DNA from: an uncultured Alphaproteobacteria bacterium
Lineage (GTDB): Bacteria; Pseudomonadota; Alphaproteobacteria; ATCC43930; CGMCC-115725
DNA length: 64,000 bases
Direction: 5' to 3'
Assembly (NCBI GenBank): GCA_963785565.1
Contig: CAWAVV010000011.1
Coordinates: 184,263-248,262 of the forward strand
Each line of letters opens with the position of its first letter. Position 1 is the first letter of the stretch. Made by a program: the position numbers and the translations under genes. This document shows positions 33,839 through 43,712 of this stretch, in pieces. The notes under the pieces were generated by a model that was not told where the DNA came from, made no database searches, and worked only from the letters and a program-made list of their open reading frames with translations.

Positions 33839-35233
33839 ATGTCGCTGAGCCGCGAGTTCGCCGCGTTCGTCGCCAACCTCAAATACCAGGACCTGCCGCC
33901 CGCGGTGATCGACCGGGCCAAGGGCGTCACCTTGGAGGCATTGTCCTCGGCGCTCGTCGCGCACGACATGCCGGCCAGCAAACAGGCGCTGGGGCTGATG
34001 CAGGCGGAGGAAGCGGGCGGCGGCGGGGTTGCGAGCGTGCTGTGCAACGGCGCAAAACTCACCAAGGCCGGGGCCGCGTTTGTCAACACCGAGACGATCT
34101 TCGCCGGCGGCAAGTGGGACACTTTCCGCATGCTGACCCACCCCGGCACGGCGATCCTGCCGGCGGCTCTGGTGGCGGCGGAGGTGACCGGCGCTTCGGG
34201 CGAGGCGTTTCTGACCGCGGTCGCCGCCGGTTACGAGGTCATGGAGCGAATGGCCGCCGAGTTCATCCCGACGGTGATGTCGCGCGGCTTTCACGCCGGT
34301 CCGGTATTCGGCATCTTCGGCGCCGCGATCGCCGCTGCCAAGCTTGGCGGTCTCGACGAGAACCAGATCAACGGCGCGATCGCCCAATGCGTCAATCTCG
34401 CCGCCGGCAATCTCGAAGGCGCGCGCAGCGGGGGCCGCTCATTGCGCGAGGGCGGCGCGGTGCGCAATGCGCTGCTGGCGGTCGCATTGGCCAAGCACGG
34501 GACGCCGGGCGGCGAGACCACATTGGAAGGCGAGGCCGGCTTTTACCATGCCTATGCCGGCAACAATCGCGGCGAGCTGCGCTACAGCTTTACCGGCGAC
34601 AACCGCGCCGACATGGCCAAGATTACCCAAGGCCTCGGCCGCGACTGGATCTTTCTCGAAACCCTGTACCGGATCTATTCGACCGCCGGCTACAACATCG
34701 CCCATATCGACGTGACCGCGAAACTGTGCGAGGAGCACGACATCCGTCACCAGGACATCGACCATATCGAGGCCTTGGTCAACTGGCTGGAGACCGAATA
34801 TCCGAGCCCGGCCTTTCCGAGCCGCGGCATCGACAACCCGCCGCAAATCGGCAGCACCCAGTATTTCACCGCCTATGGCGCCGTCGCGCGCGGCTATCCG
34901 CTGTTGCGCGGCGACCGGCCGGCCCCCGGCGAGAGCGACCCGCCGGCGGTGCTCGAGCTGATGCACCGCGTAGCTCTGATCCCGACGGTGCGCCGCACCC
35001 TGTTCGGCCCGCGCATCACCGTGTTCTTGAAGGACGGCCCCAGTTTCACCAAAGAAGGCACCGGCCGCGAATTCATCTGGGACTTCGAGGAAGAAGCCCG
35101 GCGCATCCGCCCGGTCGCCCCCGGCCTTGCCATCTCCGAAGCGCAATTCGCGGAATTGATCGACACCTGCCGCCACCTCGACCGCGCCGAGCACGCCGCG
35201 CAAAAGCTGATCGCGTTGACCATCCCCGCCTGA
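33839..35233 (+). CDS. MmgE/PrpD family protein
   Basis: MSLSREFAAFVANLKYQDLPPAVIDRAKGVTLEALSSAL…. Length is 464 aa. Confidence 0.85.
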   Translation: MSLSREFAAFVANLKYQDLPPAVIDRAKGVTLEALSSALVAHDMPASKQALGLMQAEEAGGGGVASVLCNGAKLTKAGAAFVNTETIFAGGKWDTFRMLTHPGTAILPAALVAAEVTGASGEAFLTAVAAGYEVMERMAAEFIPTVMSRGFHAGPVFGIFGAAIAAAKLGGLDENQINGAIAQCVNLAAGNLEGARSGGRSLREGGAVRNALLAVALAKHGTPGGETTLEGEAGFYHAYAGNNRGELRYSFTGDNRADMAKITQGLGRDWIFLETLYRIYSTAGYNIAHIDVTAKLCEEHDIRHQDIDHIEALVNWLETEYPSPAFPSRGIDNPPQIGSTQYFTAYGAVARGYPLLRGDRPAPGESDPPAVLELMHRVALIPTVRRTLFGPRITVFLKDGPSFTKEGTGREFIWDFEEEARRIRPVAPGLAISEAQFAELIDTCRHLDRAEHAAQKLIALTIPA

Positions 35234-35251
35234 CGCCCTTACTCGCCGCGG

Positions 35252-36307
35252 TCACGGCTTGCGGAACGGGCTGACGATCGGCCGAGCTTCCGCATCGCCG
35301 CGGGCGAGCGGCGCCAGCCCGTAGAAATCCTCGATCGTCCGCAGGACGGAAAAATGGTCGATCCGGTCCTCGTATCGGCCCGGCGCGACCCCCTGCCCCG
35401 CCATCACCGTCGGTATCAGGTTGATGTAGCGCTTGGCGACGCGCGCGCCCGTGGCGTCGGTGACCGGGGTATAATCGTCCTCGTCTTCATCCCAGGTGAT
35501 GATCAGCAGGCTGTTGTGCGTCATCGCCCAGTGGCGGTAGGGCTCGATGTGGGCGCGCAGCCAGGCGTCCATCGCGAGACCGTAATTGGTCCCGGATGGA
35601 GCGGCCGATGATCCGTGCGCATCGTTGATCTGATTGGGTACGACGAAGGCGACCGTCGGCAACCGGGCAAAACCCGCTTCGTCGGCGGGAAAGGCGGTAA
35701 ACGGCAGATTTACCGTGGAGGGCAGCTGGTTGCGGCCGATGGCGGCGTCGCTCGCCGCCTGCCAATTGACCCATGGATTGTGCTTGCGCTGATAGTCGAT
35801 GCCGCTTCCCGCTGGGCCGGTGTGCGAGATGCCGGTGAAGCCGGGATAAGGGAGATCCTCGGCATATCCGGCAAAGCTGTGGCCGGCGCGGATCAGCGCC
35901 GCCCCGAGATTGGGCGTGTCGAGAGGAGTGTCGGCCGGCGGGTCGTCGGTGCCGACCTGGGTATGACCGCCGACGATCGGGTTGGAGCCGTCGGGATTGC
36001 GTTTTGCCTGCGACCCGGTGCCTTGCGCGTCGCCCGAGAACAGCGCCAGGTAATTGGGCTGCGAGGGGTGGTCGATGGCGTGCGAATTGGTGAAGTTCGC
36101 GTTGTCGCGCATCAGACCGGTCAAATAGGTCAGTTCCGGGACGAGATTGCGCGGCGAGAGATTTTCTTCGATGACGATGACCACATGGTCCGGCGTCCAT
36201 ACCGCGGCCACAGCCGGCCATGCGGCGAACAGGACGAGCGCGCCCAACCCGCCGGCGATGGCGCGCCATGCTTGCCGGCAAAGTTCCATCCGGCTACAAC
36301 CCTTCAT
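35252..36307 (-). CDS. Secreted phosphoesterase-family protein (acid phosphatase/phospholipase-C-like)
   Basis: A signal peptide is followed by HVVIVIEENLSPRNL…NANFTNSHAIDHPSQPNYLALFSGDAQG…INDAHG. An alternative start (MELCRQ) is at 36289. Confidence 0.8.
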   Translation of the reverse strand: MKGCSRMELCRQAWRAIAGGLGALVLFAAWPAVAAVWTPDHVVIVIEENLSPRNLVPELTYLTGLMRDNANFTNSHAIDHPSQPNYLALFSGDAQGTGSQAKRNPDGSNPIVGGHTQVGTDDPPADTPLDTPNLGAALIRAGHSFAGYAEDLPYPGFTGISHTGPAGSGIDYQRKHNPWVNWQAASDAAIGRNQLPSTVNLPFTAFPADEAGFARLPTVAFVVPNQINDAHGSSAAPSGTNYGLAMDAWLRAHIEPYRHWAMTHNSLLIITWDEDEDDYTPVTDATGARVAKRYINLIPTVMAGQGVAPGRYEDRIDHFSVLRTIEDFYGLAPLARGDAEARPIVSPFRKP

Positions 36308-36610
36308 TGAGAAGCGAAAAAAGCTGGCTGCTTCTGCAGCAAATCAGCAGCGCGAAATCGTGCTCTGGTTGTAACCCCGCCTGACACAGCCGTCCCACCA
36401 GATTGCCCAAATCTCGGCAACGGCCACCCGCCCGCTTTGCGGCTTTTGCTGTTATTATGCAGCGAAATATCAGCTGTCCTTCGCTTCGTCCCGGATACAA
36501 CCTTGCCGCCTATTATCCGGCCGCATCGATGGCAAAAGCATATGATGAGGATCATGGCAATTTTGACAGTCGCCGGTTCTGCTGAGAGGCAGCATTATCG
36601 CCCCTTCGCG
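35994..36610. repeat. Segmental duplication, copy A (phosphoesterase 5' part plus its upstream region)
   Basis: It aligns by eye with 37346-37758 plus 38577-38815 at high identity. Example: ggtaattgggctgcgaggggtggtcgatggcgtgcgaattggtgaagttcgc is present in both. Confidence 0.85.
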
Positions 36611-36680
36611 CATCTTTACTTGATAATCCGGTCGTTGCCACTTACTAACCCACCAAAATACACGAGGGAGGATCAAGGTC

Positions 36681-37064
36681 ATGAGCGGTGTGACGGACCA
36701 ACGAGAGGTGGCTGCCTGGTGCGGCGCCGTCCGATTTATCGCTACTAGTCAACCGAAAGGCGTGTATTGGTGTCATTGTGAAAGCTGCCGTAAGCATAGC
36801 GGCGCACCCGCATCGGTTTTTGTCGCGTTCGAACGAACGGCATATAGGGTCACGCGGGGCGAGATAACGAAATTCAATTCGACGCCGGGGCGAACCCGGC
36901 GCGGGTTCTGTGGCCGGTGCGGATCAACACTGACCTGCGAAAGCGCGAGCTTGCCGACTGAAACACATTTCGATATCGGCGCGTTTGATCGCGCGGCCGA
37001 GCTTAAGCCCACACGGCACGTATTTCGTGACGAACACCTGCCGTGGTTCCACATAGCGGCGTGA
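36681..37064 (+). CDS. GFA-family (glutathione-dependent formaldehyde-activating / CENP-V-like) protein
   Basis: CGAVRF…WCHCESCRKHSGAP…GFCGRCGSTL are zinc-binding cysteines. GGGAGGA lies upstream. Confidence 0.8.
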   Translation: MSGVTDQREVAAWCGAVRFIATSQPKGVYWCHCESCRKHSGAPASVFVAFERTAYRVTRGEITKFNSTPGRTRRGFCGRCGSTLTCESASLPTETHFDIGAFDRAAELKPTRHVFRDEHLPWFHIAA

Positions 37065-37344
37065 GCGCGCGATCTGCAAACAGGTCGCGGGCTCGCAATT
37101 CCGACGCCGGGAATTTGCTATTTAGATTTGCGAGCCAGGTGTAGGGCGGAACAGCGCAGCGCTATTCCGCCTCCACCAGTCCCGCCCGGGGCCCTTGCCC
37201 GGACTGTCGTAGCGTCGACGAGTGAGCAGCAAATGCGAAGGGCTCGCGGGTGAAAGGTCAACGCCGCGGCGATAAAGATCGTCGAAGAAGACACGGCGCC
37301 GGTAAACAAGGCGGAAGGCGCTGCGCTGTTGAGCCTACAGTGGC

Positions 37345-37691
37345 TGGATTGCGTTTTGACTCCGACCCGGTGCCTTGCGTATCGTCGGAGAACAGCGCCA
37401 GGTAATTGGGCTGCGAGGGGTGGTCGATGGCGTGCGAATTGGTGAAGTTCGCATTGTCGCGCATCAGACCGGTCAAATAGGTCAGTTCCGGGACGAGATT
37501 GCGCGGCGAGAGATTTTCTTCGATGACGATGACCACATGATCCGGCGTCCATACCGCGGCAGTCGCAGGCATGCGGCGACTAGGACGAGCGCGCCCAACC
37601 CGGCGGCGATGGCGCATGCTTGGCGGCAAAGTTCCACCTGTTCCCGAAACGGTGCCCAATGGGTCGATGAGGCATCCGCGCAACCTTTCAT
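37345..37691 (-). pseudogene. Truncated, frameshifted duplicate of the phosphoesterase gene (N-terminal ~110 aa only)
   Basis: AAVWTPDHVVIVIEENLSPRNLVPELTYLTGLMRDNANFTNSHAIDHPSQPNYLALFSDDTQGTGS nearly matches 35252..36307. The signal-peptide part (MKGC…ELCRQACAIAAGLGALVLVAA) is in another frame and has an extra ~36 nt. Confidence 0.85.
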
Positions 37692-38815
37692 TGAGGAGAT
37701 GAAAACAGCTGGCTGCTCCTGCAGCAAATCAGCAGCAAAAGACCTGTTTTGGTTGCAGTCTGCGCCAAACCCTAGCCGCTACACCCACCACAGCGTGCTC
37801 ATCCGCCACAATGTTCCGACGCCCCATTGCTTACGATAATTGCAACCATCCTGTTCTGCGCCTCTGCCTTTTCATCGGCAGTGGATGTAAATGGTAGGTG
37901 CTCACCGGTCCAGTGCAATTGCACCCGGTTCTCCGGCACCTTGTTGGCATAGACAAGAGCCTCGAATACCGCTTCGGCGCGTCGTTGGGATAGGTGCGCA
38001 TTAAAATCCGCAGAGCCAACCGAATCCGTCTTGCCAACGATCGTGGCGACGAAGATTGGGGTGCTTTGCAGCAATGCGGCCACGTCGCGTATGTGGTTTC
38101 GGTCTTCGGGCGTCAACGCGTGACTGCTCGTGGAAAAATAAACAAAATGGGTCGTACACGTCGGTGGCGGATTCTGCGTCTGCTGTGCTGTCGCAGCATG
38201 AGCTGCAAAAAGGCCCATAACCGCCGCAGCTGCAAGGCTCTTCGTTACTATGCTTCTTGACATTGGCTCCCCCCTTTTCGGATTTGACCGGGATGGCCCA
38301 TATAGCCGTCGATCCCCAGCCTTCTTGTCTAACCGTAGCCTTCGCCCAAGGCTCTTTCCAGCGATTTTGTTGGCGAGCGCCCCGCCGACGCCTTTACTTG
38401 GTGCAGCGATGGACGGAGTGTCGCGCCTTCTGGTCCGTGACGCTGGATTTCGACACACCTCTCCCACCGGAAGACGAGCAGGTCAGCCGAGCGGGCATCC
38501 TCGACATCGGGCCGGCGTCGATCGACGGCATCCCGGCTTTCGCGCACCAGGCCAGGAAATCCCGCATTGGTTGCAGCCCCCGCCTGATCCGCAGCCGTCC
38601 GACCGGATGCCCAAATCCCGGCAATGGCCACCCGCCCGCTTCGCTGCTTTTGCTGTTATTTGCAGCGAAATATCAGCGATCGTTGGTTTCGTCCCGGTCA
38701 ACCCTGCCGCCCATTACCTGGTCAGACCGAGGCAAAGGCATATCATGCGATCATGGCAATTTTGTCGTCGCCAGTTATGCCGGCAAGGCGCATTAGCGCC
38801 CATTCGGCCGTTGAG
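37346..38815. repeat. Segmental duplication, copy B, interrupted by an 818-bp insertion (37759-38576)
   Basis: The left part (37346-37758) and right part (38577-38815) are contiguous in copy A. TTGGTTGCAG occurs at 37749-37758 and again at 38567-38576. Confidence 0.8.
37799..38263 (-). CDS. OmpA-like (peptidoglycan-binding C-terminal domain) secreted protein
   Basis: The start MSRSIVTKSLAAAAVMGLFAAHAATAQ has GGGGGAG upstream. …VATIVGKTDSVGSADFNAHLSQRRAEAVFEALV…NRMVAIIV is an OmpA_C-like motif. Confidence 0.7.
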   Translation of the reverse strand: MSRSIVTKSLAAAAVMGLFAAHAATAQQTQNPPPTCTTHFVYFSTSSHALTPEDRNHIRDVAALLQSTPIFVATIVGKTDSVGSADFNAHLSQRRAEAVFEALVYANKVPENRVQLHWTGEHLPFTSTADEKAEAQNRMVAIIVSNGASEHCGG

Positions 38816-38839
38816 CGAAAAAATCTGCACCGTCAGCGC

Positions 38840-39781
38840 TCATCCGCGCTCGACATAGCGTGACGCCGGAGACGCGGCGAATTTAGCCTCGATCATTGCT
38901 ATAAATGCTGGTGCAATTTTTTTCCCAAGACTGCCTAGCCCTTCGACAGAGCTCCGTAAGGAGTCGTCCAGTACTATCCACTCCCCTTGCCAGTGCTCGT
39001 TAAAGCACATCTTCTCTGTTTGTAGGAATGGGAGCGCCCGCAGGATCATCCAAGCAATTTCGGTAAATCGGTTCATGTATATTGCAAATCCATCGTCGTC
39101 CATCCGCGGACCGACTGCGAATTCCTTTTTGTCTTGTATCCATGCGTATAGCTCACGCATGGTGCTCAGTCGAGCACCATGCACCTGCATATTGAATACC
39201 CTGTTCCAGCGCTTTAAAGCCTCGATATGCTCGGCGTCAAGCCCTGAGTTTTTGCCAATCATCCGCTCGAAAATGAGCCTTTCTTCATCCTGACGGTGAT
39301 ACAAGACAGCTTTGTGGTCTTTTTCACCCCATGAGGCCGAGGCTGGTGGCTCCTTGAGGCCATAGAGGGCGGGAAAGGACGAAATACCCTCCACTACGGC
39401 GCCGAGGAAAATTGCCTGATCCTTGAGGTTACGCTGTAACGCGTATCCGTCGAGAGGATAACCATTCACTGACAAAACCTCGGCGGCCCGCATACCTCGG
39501 AAATGAGTGACAAATTCTACAAGACATGGACCATAATACGAATGTCCCGGCCAGCCGGTCTTGTAGTGGCCGGCAGCTGCTGAGCGAAGCGTCACAGCGA
39601 AAAAATCCATAAAACTATCGGCAAGGACGCGGTGGCCGTGGAACTTATCTACGAAGTAGGCTCCACAAATTTGCTCTTGCTTCATTGTGGAAGGTAATAT
39701 ACGTCCACCCACCACGCCGTTATAGGTAAAATGGTCTTCGAGGTTTCTCTGCCATTGCGCAACGTTCGTGCCCATTATCAT
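38840..39781 (-). CDS. Hypothetical protein (313 aa), orphan, in the low-G+C islet
   Basis: This is a long ORF in AT-richer DNA and looks predicted-helical. I recognise no family confidently. A vague DUF5677-like impression is not supported. Confidence 0.5.
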   Translation of the reverse strand: MIMGTNVAQWQRNLEDHFTYNGVVGGRILPSTMKQEQICGAYFVDKFHGHRVLADSFMDFFAVTLRSAAAGHYKTGWPGHSYYGPCLVEFVTHFRGMRAAEVLSVNGYPLDGYALQRNLKDQAIFLGAVVEGISSFPALYGLKEPPASASWGEKDHKAVLYHRQDEERLIFERMIGKNSGLDAEHIEALKRWNRVFNMQVHGARLSTMRELYAWIQDKKEFAVGPRMDDDGFAIYMNRFTEIAWMILRALPFLQTEKMCFNEHWQGEWIVLDDSLRSSVEGLGSLGKKIAPAFIAMIEAKFAASPASRYVERG

Positions 39782-40076
39782 TCTTTCGTCAAAAATCCCC
39801 GACGGTACAATAACTACTGAATTAAATTACGATCGGCTCGATCTCTTTGGGCGTCATCGGCCGGCGATCGCAGAGTTGCGTCGTGCGTTTCGAGGTATGG
39901 TTTGCAATGGCAGCGGCTTTTCAAGGGTGCAACGGTTGATGAGATAGGTTATGATCCCGTTCGTTCAAGCCCAACAACAAGCAGCGGGGACGGCGTCGGG
40001 TTATGAACCTCCACGCAATTCGATCGCGTCGTGCGCAGTATGTGGCCACCCTCGGGGCTCGATCGCGAGCTACTTG

Positions 40077-40199
40077 CCGCATTCCACGCGCGGAATCTTC
40101 ATCACCAGAGCGATCAAGAACGGCGCCCGGCTCGAGATTAGCGGAAAGCCGCTGGATACCACAATTTGGAGAAGGCCGCAGCTTTTTGCGGCCTATTAG
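40077..40199 (+). pseudogene. Tyrosine recombinase (phage-type integrase), C-terminal remnant
   Basis: PHSTRGIFITRAIKNGARLEISGKPLDTTIWRRPQLFAAY* resembles the integrase tail H..R.tfiT.al.nGa.LE.vq..aGH.d..TTklYdrR…FFATY, but with internal loss. No upstream catalytic region is present. Confidence 0.45.
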
Positions 40200-40216
40200 T
40201 GAGGTTAGACCTTGCC

Positions 40217-40657
40217 GTGATTGACTGGAACGCGGTTCTTCCCAGGGAATGGTCGAGGATCCTTCCTTGGATCGGGGTTTCCGCAGCTGCTCTGATAGGG
40301 GCAGGCTGGGCGTTATTTTCATTCGGCTACTCGCGCGGGAAGGATGTCGCACAAGATCAGTTGGCCTATTACGAAAACACCACTGCGGCCAAGTTGCCAG
40401 AAGTCGGGGCGAATTTGCTGAAGATTTCTAACGATTTGCGTGATGGATTGCGCGTATATGAAGAAAATAAGACTCTTCGTACCAAAGTGAGATCATATCA
40501 AGATCAGATAGCCGAGGCCACAAAACATAGCGCCACGCTAGATGTTATAATCACTGATCTTCGTAAAAAAACAGCAGAGGATACGATGAAGCAGGGAGAA
40601 CTACGGGACCAAATACATGCGTTAACTGGAGATCTCACGAACGTTTTATCTGAGTAA
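40217..40657 (+). CDS. Membrane-anchored coiled-coil protein, hypothetical
   Basis: A TM segment (ILPWIGVSAAALIGAGWALFSF) is followed by heptad-like sequence (…RVYEENKTLRTKVRSYQDQIAEATKHSATLDVIITDLRKK…). I prefer the GTG start at 40217 because the 40166 extension overlaps the integrase remnant. Confidence 0.45.
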   Translation: MIDWNAVLPREWSRILPWIGVSAAALIGAGWALFSFGYSRGKDVAQDQLAYYENTTAAKLPEVGANLLKISNDLRDGLRVYEENKTLRTKVRSYQDQIAEATKHSATLDVIITDLRKKTAEDTMKQGELRDQIHALTGDLTNVLSE

Positions 40658-40672
40658 ATCGACAGCTGAAAT

Positions 40673-40702
40673 GCTTATAAATGGCATAAGCGTAGGATTT
40701 TT
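40673..40702 (+). terminator. Possible rho-independent terminator
   Basis: GCTTATaaatggcATAAGC is followed by gtaggaTTTTT, 16 nt after the stop at 40657. The stem is weak (6 bp, AT-rich). Confidence 0.35.
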
Positions 40703-40998
40703 GGCGATTATGGATCAGATAGGGTCATAATTATTTTTGACAATAGGGAATACCAAGATGGTCCAGGATATAGATTTATTATCAGTGATGATAACAGAAA
40801 ATGCTTACTCACCATATTGTCGTTTGACTCTCCATCATTTGCAGAGAAGGTGAAGTTTCAATTTTCTTGTGCTCCGAAATAAAAACTAACGTCTGTCCGG
40901 ACGGCTCGCCTCGGACCCAAAAGGCTGTGATGACCGAGAGGACGCAGCCCGGTCGGGGACGGCACTGCCGCTGCCGAGCTGATCGCCAACGGGCTGGT

Positions 40999-41420
40999 TC
41001 ATGAAGAACCTGCCCTCGCCGCACGGTGGGCATCGACAATGCGGAGGAGATGATTTGCCAACATAATGATCTCGGCCGCCTCATCGGGATCATCCAAGGC
41101 GACGTGCCGGTGGGATTGAGGGTTTTTGTAGGAGCCGATTGCGCGCCAGCAAAAAGTTCCATCCTCGCGACCTGCTCCCCACCCTCGGCGTTGGCGTCGG
41201 TTAAAGGCCCAGCATTTGGCGACGGTGAGAACGCTGCTCGCATCAACTTCACCCCCAACAGGCTGTCTGACATCTCCCCTGCTTCACGTACTGCCACCTC
41301 GACCGCTTTCATTGCCTCGAAAACTGCCGTGTCGTATTTCCCTTGATGATAGAGCGACCACACATCCTCACGGATGCTCGCATGCAGTGTTTCTTTGGGG
41401 ATGCGCCGGGCGGAAAACAT
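40999..41420 (-). pseudogene. TIGR02391-like (Hypoth_ymh) family protein, frameshifted
   Basis: Frame 1 reads [48 protein letters not shown]…[14 protein letters not shown]. Frame 2 reads [47 protein letters not shown]. The shift is near 41140 and looks like a missing nucleotide. Confidence 0.6.
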
Positions 41421-41428
41421 TTCGCGCG

Positions 41429-41770
41429 TCAGGTTCGGCTGCTATCTCCTTTGCCCGGCGGCTCCATCCGGATCGCGTTTGGCGATTGCCACGAGGGATG
41501 CTCGATCAGGAGCCCCGCTCCTTCCAACCAAGCCCATGCTTCCCGGATTGCCTGTGCAGCTCGGTCACCGTCCTTTATCGGGTACTGGCTAGGTAGGACG
41601 GGGCCACTGTCGATGACGGCCGCACGTGGTACAAAACTATGTGCGGTCAGAGGGTCATGCTGCAGTGGCGGCCAGGTAGCTAAAGCAGGCAGCATCCGCA
41701 GGCCCAGCTCGTCCGGTTCCAGGGCGCAAAGAACGTCAGCCTCGGGTATCAGCTCGATCAGTGAAACCAT
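41429..41770 (-). CDS. Hypothetical protein (113 aa), upstream partner of the TIGR02391-like gene
   Basis: The ORF reads MVSLIELIPEADVLCALEPDELGLRMLPALATWPP…AIREAWAWLEGAGLLIEHPSW. I cannot assign a family. Confidence 0.4.
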   Translation of the reverse strand: MVSLIELIPEADVLCALEPDELGLRMLPALATWPPLQHDPLTAHSFVPRAAVIDSGPVLPSQYPIKDGDRAAQAIREAWAWLEGAGLLIEHPSWQSPNAIRMEPPGKGDSSRT

Positions 41771-41928
41771 AGGACGATTTTACCGCAGATTAAATATCAG
41801 ATAAAGGACATTATTCACACATGATCTCCACCGAAACGCGAGCTGTGTCGCTGAGGTCCGCCGCGGGCGCTGGCGGCGGGGGAAGGGTCGGTCTAGAGTC
41901 CGCCTCCGGCGTTAGGAGGAGGGGTCGC

Positions 41929-43648
41929 ATGTATGATCTGGTGATCCGCGGGGCGACGGTGGTCGACGGGCTCGGGCATGAGCCGCGGCGGGCCGATGTC
42001 GCGGTCGAGAACGGGCGGATCGCCGGGATCGGCGAGGTCGGCCGCACCGCCGAGCGGGTCGTCGACGCCGGCGGGCTGACCCTGATGCCGGGCATCATCG
42101 ACATCCACACCCATTACGACGCGCAGGTGACCTGGGACCCGACCTTGTCGCCGTCGCCCTCGCTCGGCGTCACCACCGCGGTCATGGGGAATTGCGGCTT
42201 TGGCATCGTCCCGAGCCCGCCCGATCTGCGCGATCTGATCATGCGCAACCTCGCGGTCGTCGAGGGCATGGACATCGAAGCATTGCGCGCCGGCATCAAT
42301 TGGGAATTCGAGAGCTTTGCCGAATATCTGGCTGCGGTCCGGCGGCGCGCGCCTTATGCCAACCTCGCGGTGTTTGTCGGCCATTCGGCGGTGCGCACCG
42401 CGGTCATGGGCGAGGACGCCTCGGTCCGCAAACAGCCGACCTCCGGCCGAACTCGGCGAGATGAAGCGGCTGGTGGCCGAGGCGATGAGCCAGGGGGCGG
42501 TCGGGCTCGGCGCCTCCTATTCGCTGAACCATTCCGGCTGGGGCGGCGTGCCGATGCCGTCGACGATCAGCGAATTGGGCGAATTCGACGCGCTGGTCGG
42601 CGCGATGGGCGCGCGGGGCAAGGGCGTGGTCGAGATCTCCTCCGGGCAGCATAGCGTCGCCGAGATGGAGGAGATCGCCGGGCGCCACGGAAGACGCATC
42701 TTCATGGGCACGGCATTGGCGCTCTACAACGAGCAATACCCGCGCCGCGCGATCGAGATGTTCGACGCCTGCTCGGCCGCACAGGCGCGCGGCAACGGCG
42801 TGCACATCCAGCTGACCTGCCAGCCATTGTCGTTCGATTTCACCCTGGCGAGCGCCTATCCCTTTTACAGCCACGAAGCCTTCGAGCCGATCAAGGCGTT
42901 CTCGCCCGAGCAGCTCAAGGCGGTGTTCCGCGATCCCGGCTTCCGCGAGCGGTTCCGGCAGAATTTGGCGCAGCCGCGGCCGGGAACGGTGTTCCAGGGC
43001 AATTGGAACCGGGTCGTCGTCGCGGCGCCGGTAATGCGCAAGAATGCCGGGCTCGCCAACCGCAACATCGCCGACATCGCCCGCGAGCGAGGCGGCGACC
43101 CGCTCGACGTGATGCTCGATCTCGGCCTCGAAGAGGATCTGCAGACCGCGTTTCTCGGCCTGTTCTTCAATGCCGTCGACGAGGGTGTGGCCGAATTGCT
43201 GAAGCATCCGGCCGGGGTCGTGGCGTTGTCCGATGCCGGCGCGCATCTGATGTATCTGTGCGACGCCGGGTTCGGGCTTTACCTGCTCGGGCATTGGGTG
43301 CGCGAGCGCGGGCTGTTCGACCTGCCCGAGGGCGTGCGCCGGCTGACCAGCCATCAGGCCGGGCTTTACGGCATTCCCGATCGCGGCCGGATCGAGACCG
43401 GCGCCTTTGCCGACCTGTTGCTGTTCGACCCGGACAATGTCGGGGTGTCGCCGGCGCGCCGCATCAACGATTTGCCGGGCGGCGGCCCGCGCACGATCCG
43501 CGACCCGAAGGGGGTCCACGGCGTCTTTGTCAACGGCATCGAGGTGTTCGACGGCAAAGACTATCGCCCGATCGCCAAGGGGCCGGGGCAGGTGCTCGAC
43601 CGCTTTCTGCCGAGCGGGCCGGGTCTGGTCCGCAGCGCGGCAGAGTAA
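41929..43648 (+). pseudogene. N-acyl-D-amino-acid deacylase (D-aminoacylase) family amidohydrolase with one frameshift
   Basis: Frame 1 reads MYDLVIRGATVVDGLGHEPRRADVAVENGRIAGIG…MPGIIDIHTHYD…MGEDASVRKQPT. Frame 2 reads PAELGEMKRLVAEAMSQGAVGLG…LSDAGAHL…. There is an apparent extra T at about 42441 (gaccTccgg). Confidence 0.85.
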
Positions 43649-43712
43649 CGCGACTTTTCGGAGATGTTTCCGTAGGGCGCGGCGCAATCAGCGCCGTTTC
43701 CGCCAAGTTGGT

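Noticed and set aside
32998-35274. 758-aa plus-strand ORF spanning the phosphorylase-like gene and the PrpD-family gene
   Set aside because: Its composition is low-complexity and R/G/P-rich. It overlaps two well-supported genes, one on each strand, so it is a shadow ORF.
36385-36600. A ~210-bp conserved non-coding element (second copy 38593-38815), considered as an sRNA or riboswitch
   Set aside because: It is just the distal part of the larger segmental duplication (35994-36610 versus 37346-38815). I found no convincing stem-loops, promoter or conserved small ORF. An indel breaks the shared reading frames.
37065-37345. Unassigned 280 bp between the GFA gene and duplication copy B, considered as a gene remnant
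   Set aside because: The translations in all frames gave nothing recognisable, so there is no basis for a call.
41400-41470. Idea that 41429..41770 and the TIGR02391-like gene are one gene split by a frameshift
   Set aside because: In the downstream frame a TAG lies 7 codons upstream of the ATG, and the upstream ORF ends in its own TGA. A single indel does not give a clean fusion. I kept them as two genes, with low confidence.
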